Below, piece by piece: positions 54,902 through 64,000 of a stretch of DNA of 64,000 nt. Source of the DNA: a virus; the IMG/VR virus record IMGVR_UViG_3300036719_006047, positions 64,001 through 128,000 of that record; one strand, 5' to 3'. A model generated the notes under the pieces. That model was given only the letters and a program-made list of their open reading frames with translations, was not told the DNA's origin and searched no databases. The position numbers were made by a program, and so were the translations under genes. Position 1 is the stretch's first letter; the number at the start of each line of letters is the position of its first letter.

Positions 54902-55453
54902 ATGGGAAGGGATGAGGCCAAGAAAGTTGACGTAGGCACTCGGCTGTACGTCGCCCCTGGCACTACGATCAAGAGCGCTATTTCGGGAAAGACGTTCAAG
55001 TTGACCGTAAACCGCATTCTTGGTCTTGACTACGACAATCTTCTGGAAGAAGGCAAAGTCTATCGCGTAGTCAAACGTGAAAATGGTCTGTACTTGTGCC
55101 CCGTCGGTATGTCTGCCATCACAGACGAAGAGCTGTTGGACGTATTCCTTGAGACAGAGATCGTCGACTGTCCTCGCTACTATGCGTCAAAGCAGACGAA
55201 AGAAGAGCTGCGAAAGAGGATCGTTGCGCACGTGAGCCGCGTGAACCATCAGTTCTTGAACGTGTGCCTCCTCACGCGAAGCTTGCTGGAAGAGATCACA
55301 GTATCGTACATCTACGCGGAGTCGGATTTCAGTGTGAAGCGATTGTTCGAGAAGATGGAGGGAGGCAACGAAAAGCTGAAAACGATGGCGAAATCGGTAG
55401 AAGTGAAGATAAAGCGTTCCATGATCGAGGAGGCGAGAGGGAAAAATGGATGA
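54902..55453 (+). CDS. Hypothetical protein
   Basis: AGGAG RBS, 183 aa. Confidence 0.75.
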   Translation: MGRDEAKKVDVGTRLYVAPGTTIKSAISGKTFKLTVNRILGLDYDNLLEEGKVYRVVKRENGLYLCPVGMSAITDEELLDVFLETEIVDCPRYYASKQTKEELRKRIVAHVSRVNHQFLNVCLLTRSLLEEITVSYIYAESDFSVKRLFEKMEGGNEKLKTMAKSVEVKIKRSMIEEARGKNG

Positions 55454-56276
55454 GATCTACACCCCCATTCTGTGGTCTTCGTGGTACATGCACAAGCAGA
55501 TGTTCGCGGAAGGTGAGGAGAAGGTCAAGGCTCTTTTCGCGGAAAAGAAGCACGAACGGGACAACTTCCACTTCTCGTTCGGAAGTCGCAACAAGTTCAT
55601 GCTGTCCAGTCACTCTGACGGCTACGGCGGAGACGGACTTGTGGTGCTGCTTTCGTACAGCAAACCAGAAGCGGGTCGAGGCCAAACGCACAGCCACTCG
55701 TGCTACATCAACATCAAGCTGGCTGTGAGGAGGAAGAAGAAAGGCAAGGACGCAATGCCCACGAACGAAGAGACTTTCACCACTATCTTCGAGGGGCGAG
55801 AGGCTGTCAGCATAGAGACGATGTTTAGTGCTGCGGCAGGAGAAAAGAGCGCGAACGACACGCGCATCTTGCTGAAGTTTGTGGGTATGAACAAGAATCT
55901 GGACGATTGGGATGAAATCATCCAGAACCCGTTTCCTTCCTCCTTGTTCGACGTAAACTTGTCCAGAAAGGACGCAGAAAGGCTGTGCATTATGCTGCTT
56001 AGCCCAGACCAAAGCACATTCCACACAGGCAAAGAGCTGGCGAAAGTCTACCCCGGCTTGTCTGCACTCTTCTACGTGAACGATATCATGACAGAGGAAA
56101 TGAACTACTCTTGGGGCAGCCGAGATGACTGGAGCCGCGTGAACAAATACTTCGCCAAGCCGGCGGACGGAGTTGTTGACGCTTCGAAAGCGTTCGGTTC
56201 GATCTACGCGGAGTGCATTGAAGCCATGTTTGCATGCAAGAAATTGCGTAGGCTGTATAACCCTAAGACGAAATAG
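55446..56276 (+). CDS. Hypothetical protein
   Basis: 276 aa. Confidence 0.75.
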   Translation: MDEIYTPILWSSWYMHKQMFAEGEEKVKALFAEKKHERDNFHFSFGSRNKFMLSSHSDGYGGDGLVVLLSYSKPEAGRGQTHSHSCYINIKLAVRRKKKGKDAMPTNEETFTTIFEGREAVSIETMFSAAAGEKSANDTRILLKFVGMNKNLDDWDEIIQNPFPSSLFDVNLSRKDAERLCIMLLSPDQSTFHTGKELAKVYPGLSALFYVNDIMTEEMNYSWGSRDDWSRVNKYFAKPADGVVDASKAFGSIYAECIEAMFACKKLRRLYNPKTK

Positions 56277-56291
56277 CATCGGCCAACCAGC

Positions 56292-56319
56292 TTGACTCCC
56301 CGTGACGCAGAGTTAGAAT
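56292..56319 (+). promoter_or_regulatory. Sigma70-type promoter
   Basis: TTGACT-16 nt-TAGAAT, followed by a hairpin abutting the RBS. Confidence 0.6.
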
Positions 56320-56351
56320 TCTCACGCCCACTTTCGGGCCGTGAGGAAGAT

Positions 56352-56627
56352 ATGTCTAGCTTGCAAATCCAGTTCCCGATGAGCCCAAAGATCGATCGGG
56401 AAGACAACGAGTACTTTATCGGTTCCGCCCACGGACCCTTCACCGTGGACTTGAGCAACGCAACGTTCCTCTTCTTCCCTCCCGTCGACGACGATCCCAA
56501 GTCTCGCGGGACCTTGCTCATTCGGCCGAGCAACTACGTGAACCGCCACAAAGTCAAAGATGATCGCCCGAACGAGCAGTCGAACTGGGCTGACGACGAC
56601 AGAGACGGGGATCGCGATCGTGATTGA
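56352..56627 (+). CDS. Hypothetical protein
   Basis: GAGG RBS, high GC3. Confidence 0.75.
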   Translation: MSSLQIQFPMSPKIDREDNEYFIGSAHGPFTVDLSNATFLFFPPVDDDPKSRGTLLIRPSNYVNRHKVKDDRPNEQSNWADDDRDGDRDRD

Positions 56628-56654
56628 TTGACCCGAAAATTGTTTGACAGCAGT

Positions 56655-56691
56655 CACCCCCGAAGGACGCTTGCAGGCGCCTTCGGGGGTG
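56655..56691 (+). terminator. Hairpin, possible terminator
   Basis: CACCCCCGAAGG...CCTTCGGGGGTG; weak U-tract. Confidence 0.5.
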
Positions 56692-56725
56692 TAGCTTTAC
56701 CTACAACGCAAGAGGGCTACAGAGA

Positions 56726-57079
56726 ATGCACAAGGAAAAGTTCGACATCGTCTTCATCCACACCAAGAACGCAGGCGAGATGACGATCGCCCGGTCGTTT
56801 CGGTCGAGCAGAGCTGCTACCGAGGTGTGGTTCCCCTCGAAGAAGATCAGAGCCGCCATCAAGAAGGTGATGAACAAGAAGTCCGACATCAAGAACGTGA
56901 AGAATGTTGTCTTTTCAAACATCTCTTCGGACGACTTGTTCGAGATCATTCGACTGCTCGGTGGCCTCGACGATAGCATGCACGAAGACGGTCAGCTTCC
57001 TGCAGGCTGCATCAGCACAAAGCTGACCGAGCTTGAGCTCATCGCGAAAAACTACGACTTCGCGCTGTCGCTTGTGTAG
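56726..57079 (+). CDS. Hypothetical protein
   Basis: 117 aa. Confidence 0.75.
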   Translation: MHKEKFDIVFIHTKNAGEMTIARSFRSSRAATEVWFPSKKIRAAIKKVMNKKSDIKNVKNVVFSNISSDDLFEIIRLLGGLDDSMHEDGQLPAGCISTKLTELELIAKNYDFALSLV

Positions 57080-57081
57080 AC

Positions 57082-57591
57082 ATGATCACAGTTCTAGGAG
57101 AACACACACTGAAACTGGACGGGCAAGACGTAGTGCTCGTCGAGCTGAAAGATGAGACGACGGGGGCAATCTCTTTCGTAACCAAGTATCCGGTGACGAG
57201 AGACTTGTTTCCTGCGATTGAACCAAGCGGGAAAGCCAGCGAAGCCCTGCAAATCGAGGAGAGGAACTTCAACTTAGGCACGACAGAAGCTGTGATCGAA
57301 GAGGTTGCGAAGCAAGATCCTATCCTTTCGCACTACCAGTACCCCGAGAGAACAGACCACCTGCTCCGAGCGGTAAGCGAAGACAGTGGTCTGAGAGCAT
57401 CTTTGCTCTCGAGCAGCTTGCTGAAAAAGATGTTTTTGACCGAGAGGATGTTCGGAAACGATCTTGTCTTGTCCCATGAAGTTGCGTTCAAAGAGAACAG
57501 ATTGCCATTCCGTCTGAGCCACGCAACACAGAGTGTTTGCGGAGTGCTCTTTATCCCCTGCAACATCCCTGTCCTAGTGAGGAAGTCATGA
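57082..57591 (+). CDS. Hypothetical protein
   Basis: 169 aa. Confidence 0.7.
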   Translation: MITVLGEHTLKLDGQDVVLVELKDETTGAISFVTKYPVTRDLFPAIEPSGKASEALQIEERNFNLGTTEAVIEEVAKQDPILSHYQYPERTDHLLRAVSEDSGLRASLLSSSLLKKMFLTERMFGNDLVLSHEVAFKENRLPFRLSHATQSVCGVLFIPCNIPVLVRKS

Positions 57592-58694
57592 AGTTCGCCC
57601 AAGCTGTCCGTCTCGTCTGCGCCAACCACAAGTCCAGCACGAAGCAGACGTTGTTTTTCCTCGGCCCGCCCGGCATCGGCAAGAGCAGCATCGCTTACGA
57701 GGCGAAGCGGGTGCTGAAAGAAACTGACTTGATCGACGTTGACGTGGTTGTTGTCGACCTCAGCAACGCTTTGCCCGAAGACCTCAACGGTCTGCCGAAG
57801 ACTGAAGGCGAGGTGATGCGCTTCATTCCAGACGAATGGCTGCACCGCCTTTGTCGGCCGGGGGCACAAGCTATTTTGGTGCTCGACGACCTCGCAGCGG
57901 CCTCGTCTGCCATTCAGGTGGCCACTCGTCAGCTTGCGCTCGATCGCAGGATTCACAATCACATCTTGTCTGATGGCGTAAGCATCATCGTCACGGGTAA
58001 CAGGTCAACAGACGGCGCGAAAGCCACACAGCTTCCGAGCCACTTCCGCAACTCAGTGCTTCTGATCTCGATCGATCCCGACTTTGATGCGTGGGTTTCG
58101 TGGTACAGGCACCAAGAGAACGTCGACCGCTCTATTGTCTCGTTCCTGTTATTCGCAAAGAAGTTCTTCAGCACTGTGCCGCAAGAAGCCGACAAGCTCG
58201 GAGCTTTCGCTACTCCCCGTTCGTGGTCGATGCTGGGTAGGTTGCTGCCACAAGTCGTGCCCTTGGGGGACGAAGACATTCTTCGCGAGACAGTCCACGG
58301 CCTCGTCGGCACAGGGCCGGGCGTAGAGTACTTGGCCTTCCGGTCCATGCAGAACGACACTGTCGACATCCAAGACTTCTTGCGAGACCCGAAAAGGACG
58401 CTGCCTGCTCCTTCCGACCTCGAGCGCTCCTACTTGATCGCGATCTGCTCGGCTGCCGTGACTCGCGTGGTCGAGGGCAAAGGGTCCGATGACTACGACA
58501 AGTTGGTCTACGCGATGGCGCACGTGGCGACCGACAAAAGAGACTTGTTTGCTTACGCCTTCCAGCTCGCTGAGTCGCTCGGAGGCAAGGAAGCTCGCCA
58601 GAGGTTCAGCTTTGCCGTGAGCCGGGTGGCGAAGCAAGACAAGTCGGTTCTCAGCTTGGTCAAGACCATCTCTGACTTGCTGGGTCAGTTCTGA
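57588..58694 (+). CDS. MoxR-like AAA+ ATPase, copy B
   Basis: GPPGIGKS, PEDLNGLPKTEGEVMRF, LVLDDL, TGNR, FATPRSW. Confidence 0.9.
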   Translation: MKFAQAVRLVCANHKSSTKQTLFFLGPPGIGKSSIAYEAKRVLKETDLIDVDVVVVDLSNALPEDLNGLPKTEGEVMRFIPDEWLHRLCRPGAQAILVLDDLAAASSAIQVATRQLALDRRIHNHILSDGVSIIVTGNRSTDGAKATQLPSHFRNSVLLISIDPDFDAWVSWYRHQENVDRSIVSFLLFAKKFFSTVPQEADKLGAFATPRSWSMLGRLLPQVVPLGDEDILRETVHGLVGTGPGVEYLAFRSMQNDTVDIQDFLRDPKRTLPAPSDLERSYLIAICSAAVTRVVEGKGSDDYDKLVYAMAHVATDKRDLFAYAFQLAESLGGKEARQRFSFAVSRVAKQDKSVLSLVKTISDLLGQF

Positions 58695-59950
58695 TGCAAG
58701 ACTTGAACAATAAGTGGGAAGCAGCTCTGCTTTCTCTGTCCTTCGCGTATCCCTTCTACGCGCACTTGCTCTACAAGGCGAAGCTGCAGTTTGTCGACAA
58801 CGACAAGTTGACTGCAAAGGTCAACCACAAGCTTGAGATCAAGATGGGAGCGAAGTTTGCGCGAAGCCTGTCGCAGACAGAGTTCTCGGGAGTTGTTCTT
58901 CACGAGGTATTGCACGTTGTGCTCGGATACCACGAACGGCTCAACACCAAAGACCATGTTTTGTTCAATATCGCTCACGACTACATCGTGAACGGCCTTG
59001 TGCAAGAAGCGCAGAAACACAAGTTCCGAGGGAATGACGTAGTCTGCTTGGCGGATGGATGTCTTCTCGAGCCGACGTGGTCGCACCTGGCTGCAGAAGA
59101 GATCTATGCTTTCTTGTCGGAGAGAGTCGAGAACAACGGAGGCAAAAGGAAGGTTAAGCTCAAATGCTACAACAAGACGAAGGGCAACTCGGAAGAAGTT
59201 GAAGTCGATCTCAACGAAAGCATGTACACGGACGTGGAAGAGTACGATCTACTGAGCGAATCTGAGATCAGGCAGCTGTCCTTGGAGATGGCGCAGCTAC
59301 TCAAAGAAGCAGAAATGCATCACAAGAGCAGCCGAGGAACTCTGCCCAGCGAGCTGCAGATCCGCATCGACGCTATTTGCACGCCGAAGATCCACTGGAA
59401 CTCCTTCATACGGAATCATGTGGGTAGTCGAATCGGTTCGCCCCATCCCACCTACATGCGCCGAAGCAGGAGGTCGGAAGCAGTAGGAGAGATACTTCCT
59501 GGATGGCGCAAAGATTCAGCCTCAAACATCATCTTGTTGTGGGACACCAGCGGGTCGATGTACGGGATGCACGAAGTTATTCTTTCTGAGTTTCGGTCTC
59601 TCGTGAGAGAGATGGGCTACTCGCTGCGCCTCATTCAGTGCGACGCGGCCGTGCAGTCAGACATGCTCCTCGAAGACGAGACTGTCATCGTCAAAGGCCA
59701 CGGCGGCTCCGATTTCCAGCCAGCGTTCAAGCTGCTGGAAGAGGAAAACGAGGATGTGTACGTCATCGCAATGACGGACGGGGAGATTGGGTACCCAGAA
59801 GACAAGCCAAGCTGCGTAAAGGACATTTTGTGGGTCTACACAAGGCTTTATTCCGGCTACCCGCCGCCTTACTTGTTCTCTTACGGAGACTGCATTCAGT
59901 TCGACGTCAAAGAAGGGACCGTCACTATCTTGCGTCGAGGTCACGCCTAA
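58694..59950 (+). CDS. DUF2201-type metallopeptidase-vWA protein, copy B
   Basis: HEVLH, NIAHDYIVN, WDTSGS, GHGGSDF, MTDG. Confidence 0.88.
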   Translation: MQDLNNKWEAALLSLSFAYPFYAHLLYKAKLQFVDNDKLTAKVNHKLEIKMGAKFARSLSQTEFSGVVLHEVLHVVLGYHERLNTKDHVLFNIAHDYIVNGLVQEAQKHKFRGNDVVCLADGCLLEPTWSHLAAEEIYAFLSERVENNGGKRKVKLKCYNKTKGNSEEVEVDLNESMYTDVEEYDLLSESEIRQLSLEMAQLLKEAEMHHKSSRGTLPSELQIRIDAICTPKIHWNSFIRNHVGSRIGSPHPTYMRRSRRSEAVGEILPGWRKDSASNIILLWDTSGSMYGMHEVILSEFRSLVREMGYSLRLIQCDAAVQSDMLLEDETVIVKGHGGSDFQPAFKLLEEENEDVYVIAMTDGEIGYPEDKPSCVKDILWVYTRLYSGYPPPYLFSYGDCIQFDVKEGTVTILRRGHA

Positions 59951-60456
59951 TGCCGAGGAGAGTAATCATCGAGGAGCGCACGTCGCCCGACCTGCAACAG
60001 CTTTTGCTGTCTTCGGGAGCCCTCGATATTGCGGAAGCCATCGACAACAGCCGGTTTCATGTGAACCAGCCGATAGCGATCACGAGGCCGGAAATCGTAG
60101 CAGTCACACTGAGGGGCAAGAGAGACAAGTTGTTTCTGCACGCGGAATGGGCGTTTACGCCACAACAGCTGCAGGAAGCAGTTTGGGTCTCGCAGTGCTC
60201 TGAGCCCCGCGTAGGAGACAGAGTACGGTCGTCTTTCGTGAGAAAGTCAGTCAAAATACATGCATTTTACCCTCACCCGTCGAAGGACGGATCTGTGTTC
60301 AAGAACATGATCGCCCTTTTCGACAACGACTTCGAGCGCTCAGAGAAGGTCGAGAAAAGGTTTGAGACGGAGATGAGGCGTGCTCGCTGCCACCACCTCG
60401 GCATGACCTACAACTTGTCCTTTGCTACCGTCTTTGCGAGAGAGTTGTTGCCGTGA
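59950..60456 (+). CDS. Hypothetical protein
   Basis: TAATG coupling, 168 aa. Confidence 0.7.
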   Translation: MPRRVIIEERTSPDLQQLLLSSGALDIAEAIDNSRFHVNQPIAITRPEIVAVTLRGKRDKLFLHAEWAFTPQQLQEAVWVSQCSEPRVGDRVRSSFVRKSVKIHAFYPHPSKDGSVFKNMIALFDNDFERSEKVEKRFETEMRRARCHHLGMTYNLSFATVFARELLP

Positions 60457-60629
60457 CAGAAAAAACAGAGTCTGTCATTCCGTTCGACTTTGACGTGAAA
60501 ACTGATTCAGAACCGCTTCGCGTCGAGTTCGACGTGATGGGAATCAATACGGATTGTGCCGTGAACTTTGTTTACTTGGTTTTCGAAGATACGCAAAAAC
60601 TCAGAAATGCTCTGGAGAAAAAGTCATGA
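60453..60629 (+). CDS. Small ORF (58 aa) not in the track
   Basis: GTGA and ATGA overlaps fill the gap exactly. Confidence 0.6.
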   Translation: MTEKTESVIPFDFDVKTDSEPLRVEFDVMGINTDCAVNFVYLVFEDTQKLRNALEKKS

Positions 60630-61753
60630 ACGCCACGCCTATCAACAACCTCACCGTCTCCTCTCGCGGTCTCGTCGACATGCGTAGCACGCGCACTCAG
60701 CCCATGAACAGGAGCCTCGAGGAGGTTCGTGACTACCTCAAGGCGCTCAACACCAAGCAGGATCCCGAAGACATCGTCCGCCCCGGCAGCCACTTGGCTG
60801 TGTTCTTCGAGAATGGAGTGATGACTGGTCGCTTCCTCACCCCTTCTGGCCTCGGGGACCAGGTGTACTCGTTCAGCTCCACGGGCGCCGCACAGTTGGC
60901 GAGCGAAGTGTTGCCGTCTCACTTCTTCCGCGGTCTTCGCGGCTTCGTCCAGATCGACGACGACGCCAAGAAGCTGGCTTCGCTCGTGTGGAACAAGTGC
61001 GCCACGCAGAGCAAGAACAACCTCTTGTTCCGCACCGTGAACTACAAGGATCCGGTCGACGGTGCCGTCAAGCGGATGATCCGGGCGGTCGTCAGCGAGA
61101 AGTACGCCGACTACTCGAACTTGCAGTACGTGCAGACGCTGCTCGACCACGGCGGCGACTTGATCCGCAACGCAAATGTTCTTGAGATGCGTGTTACCGA
61201 CGATCTCATGCGTCTTCGCGTGGCGATCGATCCTTTCGCCGAAGTCAACAAGCCCATTCGCATGGTCGAGCTGTGGAACTCGGAGGTCGCCAAGCGGCGC
61301 GTGTCGCTGCGCTCGGGCATCTACAAGCTCATCTGCACCAACGGTATGGGCCACTGGGACAAGGCCAACGACCACTCTTGGGTCCATCGCGGGGAGACGG
61401 GCAAGTTCCGGGATCGCGTCGAAAGTGCGGTCAAGGGGGCCATCACTGACGCGTCTGGCGTTGTCCACATGTACGAGATGGCGATCAACACTGTCATCAA
61501 CAAAGCGTTTGAGTTCATGACGGCGCAGATGACTCTCGAAGGCTTGACCCCCAACCACATCGCGGCTTCCGTCAAAGCTCTTGACGACACCACGACGACG
61601 CCCGGGAGCAAGCTCGCGTCGGTTGTCGACGCCATCACTCTGGCCGCTCAGGCCGAAGATCTCGAAACCCAAGACATGATGGAGGTGGCCGCAAGCAAGA
61701 TCATGTTCCGCGGCTTGCGTATGGCTCGCAATAACATCATCGAAATGGCGTGA
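60626..61753 (+). CDS. DUF932-like protein
   Basis: Y..YSN, D.LM.LR, NSEV....VSL..GIYKLICTNG. Confidence 0.7.
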   Translation: MNATPINNLTVSSRGLVDMRSTRTQPMNRSLEEVRDYLKALNTKQDPEDIVRPGSHLAVFFENGVMTGRFLTPSGLGDQVYSFSSTGAAQLASEVLPSHFFRGLRGFVQIDDDAKKLASLVWNKCATQSKNNLLFRTVNYKDPVDGAVKRMIRAVVSEKYADYSNLQYVQTLLDHGGDLIRNANVLEMRVTDDLMRLRVAIDPFAEVNKPIRMVELWNSEVAKRRVSLRSGIYKLICTNGMGHWDKANDHSWVHRGETGKFRDRVESAVKGAITDASGVVHMYEMAINTVINKAFEFMTAQMTLEGLTPNHIAASVKALDDTTTTPGSKLASVVDAITLAAQAEDLETQDMMEVAASKIMFRGLRMARNNIIEMA

Positions 61754-62316
61754 AGGTAGAGATCAGCAGCATGTCAAACCAGTTCCCGTACGAAGTGTTC
61801 TCAAATAGTGTAGAAAGTTGGCTCGAAGGTAAGGAGTATTGGTGCTGTTGGGCCGTGTGGGAGAGGATGAAGGGTACGGTTCGAGTGAACGCAAACATTG
61901 ACTACGGATACGACTTGGCGAAGAGCCCAGAAGCGCGTGAGGTAGCGCTCGGCTTTGCTTGGGAAGACCTCGTCAATGCATTTTGCGGTTGCGGTACCAA
62001 CCACCTGAACGGTCTTGTTGCTGATCTGTTTTTCGCTATGCCTAAACCAGCTGAGACTTGGCCGGTGTTTTCGGCTCACGTCACAAAAGCTGTGAAAGAT
62101 GTGGAGGGACGACTCGAAATCAACAAATACCCGCGTCGCTATCGCCGAGAGGCTCGTGACCGAGGCTGCATCAGCGGGCCCACAAACGGCGCTTTCAGGA
62201 GCGCAGCTGTCCAAGAAGGAGGCTATCCTTACGCATTTTGGGAGAAGCGTTTCAGAGCTCGTGGTGCTGTTGTTCAAGCTATTGATACAAACGTGATCCG
62301 CTTTCCGAGAAAGTAG
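61750..62316 (+). CDS. Hypothetical protein
   Basis: GTGA overlap. Confidence 0.65.
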   Translation: MKVEISSMSNQFPYEVFSNSVESWLEGKEYWCCWAVWERMKGTVRVNANIDYGYDLAKSPEAREVALGFAWEDLVNAFCGCGTNHLNGLVADLFFAMPKPAETWPVFSAHVTKAVKDVEGRLEINKYPRRYRREARDRGCISGPTNGAFRSAAVQEGGYPYAFWEKRFRARGAVVQAIDTNVIRFPRK

Positions 62317-62366
62317 TTTGTTCGTGTGTTCCGTGTCCGAAGTATACAAAATGACGGGAAGTATCA

Positions 62367-63548
62367 ATGTCAAAGCGGCTCAAGTCTCTCCGCGAGATCG
62401 TCAACAGCGTCAGTGAGCATGAGTACAGAACAGCAATCAACAACCCGCTCAAAGTCCTTTCCGACTGGGACAAGTTCAAAGTCGACAAGGGAGGTGGTCG
62501 CTTCTTGACGATGATCACGGACATCGACCCCCGCGATCGCGCAAGCAACAGCAAAATCGGAAAAAACAGAAACTCAGAGCACTTGATGATCCGCCAGACG
62601 CATCAGATGAGCATGGCGTTGGCGCAGGCGGACAGCAGCGGAGTGTTCGAGGCGTGTCACGGGTGTCGGACGAAGCAGTGCAGCTTGCTCTGCAACGCCC
62701 GCTCCGGTCACATGCGCATCGAGCACGGCACTGCTGAACGCGCGAAGAAGATTCGTTCAATGTACTGGGCCGAGAACCCCCAGTTCGCGGGCGCCCTTGC
62801 GGTCATCGAATCCCGCAAAGGTGCTTTGCTCGCTGGGTCTCTCGGCTTGATCCCCATCATTCGGTCGAACACTTGGTCGGACGTGCCTTGGTACTTGACG
62901 ACACTTGCTGGTCCTTGGATCCACGACTTCACGCAGGTCAACGCTGACTTCATCGGTCTCGCTGCCGAGTATCCGATGCTGAGCCACAGCAACTACACGA
63001 AGCACACCGCAAGCCGCAACCTCAAGACCGGAGAGAAGGAGCCCGACGAGGCTGCTCCGCCCAACTACTACATGACGCTCAGCATCAACGAGAACACGCC
63101 TGTCGCCCGTATTCGTGCGCGGATCGCGAGTGGCAGGACTGCGATTGCGGTTGTTTGGGCCACCCCGAGCACGCCGCTTCCGCAGGAGTGGACGATGGTC
63201 GATCGCTGGGGGAAGCGTGAAACCTTCCCCTGCTACAACGCCAATCTCGACGACGCCCGCATTCACGACGCTGAAGTGGGCCGTCACGGGGTCGGCTTGT
63301 TGACGAAAAAGACGGTCAACAACCTTCCCCTCTTCAAGGGGATGGCTGAGGTCTCGTCTTTCATCCGTCCGATTGATCCTGACGCGCCCGTGGGCTCGAA
63401 GTTCGGCATCCCCAAGGAGTACGCGAAGAGTGAACATATTCGTACTGGAACACTGCCCGAAGAAGTCAGCAAGCAGTCAGTGCAACCGTCACGTAGTGAA
63501 GATGTGCTTGGAGACAGCGCAGATTCTGAGCACTGCACTTTTCACTAA
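62367..63548 (+). CDS. Gp88-like phage protein
   Basis: C..C....C...C...SG, R.N..SD..W, NYTK, Y.MTLS..E, AVV, D.DD.R..D, GL..K. Confidence 0.65.
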   Translation: MSKRLKSLREIVNSVSEHEYRTAINNPLKVLSDWDKFKVDKGGGRFLTMITDIDPRDRASNSKIGKNRNSEHLMIRQTHQMSMALAQADSSGVFEACHGCRTKQCSLLCNARSGHMRIEHGTAERAKKIRSMYWAENPQFAGALAVIESRKGALLAGSLGLIPIIRSNTWSDVPWYLTTLAGPWIHDFTQVNADFIGLAAEYPMLSHSNYTKHTASRNLKTGEKEPDEAAPPNYYMTLSINENTPVARIRARIASGRTAIAVVWATPSTPLPQEWTMVDRWGKRETFPCYNANLDDARIHDAEVGRHGVGLLTKKTVNNLPLFKGMAEVSSFIRPIDPDAPVGSKFGIPKEYAKSEHIRTGTLPEEVSKQSVQPSRSEDVLGDSADSEHCTFH

Positions 63549-63918
63549 CGGAGTGGCCGGCGTTCCGTACAAGCCCACGCACAAAAAGCATCCTTGCTGT
63601 GTGTGGGCGGCTGAAACGAAAGACAACTTCGACTGGCTCGTGATTCACGGTATCGCTTTGTGCGACGAATACACCAGAAGGTTCGGCAAGGTACACGCTT
63701 CCAGAAAAGTGATTGAGTTCTGTGGCGCGCACTCCTATTTGATGCCGCCAGGACCGATCACGCCGTTTGCCCAGGCCATGCCTGATGTCTACAAAGATGC
63801 TTGTGCTGTCACTGCGTACCGCAACTACTACAAGGCGCAAAAAGCTTCCTTCGCTACTTGGGCCTCCAAGACTGGCGTGGAAGTTGAGCCACCAGAGTGG
63901 TTTCTGTCGGTGCTGTAG
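63430..63918 (+). CDS. Pyrimidine-dimer DNA glycosylase-like protein (DenV/endonuclease V family)
   Basis: MNIFVL, HVVKM.LE.AQ.LS, YKPTH..HPC..W, LC.EY..R.GK.H. Confidence 0.8.
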   Translation: MNIFVLEHCPKKSASSQCNRHVVKMCLETAQILSTALFTNGVAGVPYKPTHKKHPCCVWAAETKDNFDWLVIHGIALCDEYTRRFGKVHASRKVIEFCGAHSYLMPPGPITPFAQAMPDVYKDACAVTAYRNYYKAQKASFATWASKTGVEVEPPEWFLSVL

Positions 63919-64000
63919 CACTCAAGCTAAAACGTAGCACATCCCTTCCCTGTCTATCCGAGGCCGAGCACACTATGCTGTGTTCGCGCTTTCGGAGTTG

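Overview
This looks like the accessory (early/middle) region of a large phage or phage-like element. All credible genes (about 95 tightly packed CDS, often coupled by TGATG/ATGA/GTGA overlaps) lie on the + strand. No capsid, terminase, polymerase or integrase gene is recognisable. Phage hallmarks are an rIIA/rIIB pair, nine tRNA genes, a dNMP kinase, a MazG-like protein, a DenV-like glycosylase, Gp88- and DUF932-like proteins, a DNA methyltransferase and two paralogous AAA+/vWA-metallopeptidase pairs. A Myxan-type Cas6 and a MopE-repeat lipoprotein suggest a Myxococcota-like, high-GC host (inference). Most unusual: (1) a solitary Cas6/Cmx6 with DNGY in place of the usual DHGY and no other cas gene or array in the window; (2) three ~170-nt structured leaders, each ending in the RBS of an orphan gene, one with an inverted hairpin loop; (3) two structured non-tRNA elements inside the tRNA operon, one with two potential kissing loops; (4) a 790-bp intergenic element in which a 58-bp inverted repeat carries two inward-facing TATAAT boxes; (5) a tandem family of five paralogs sharing a W[RK]N motif; (6) a cargo cassette bounded by 99-bp direct repeats and encoding a DGR-target-like C-type-lectin-fold protein. 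All family assignments come from motif recognition by eye; no searches were run.
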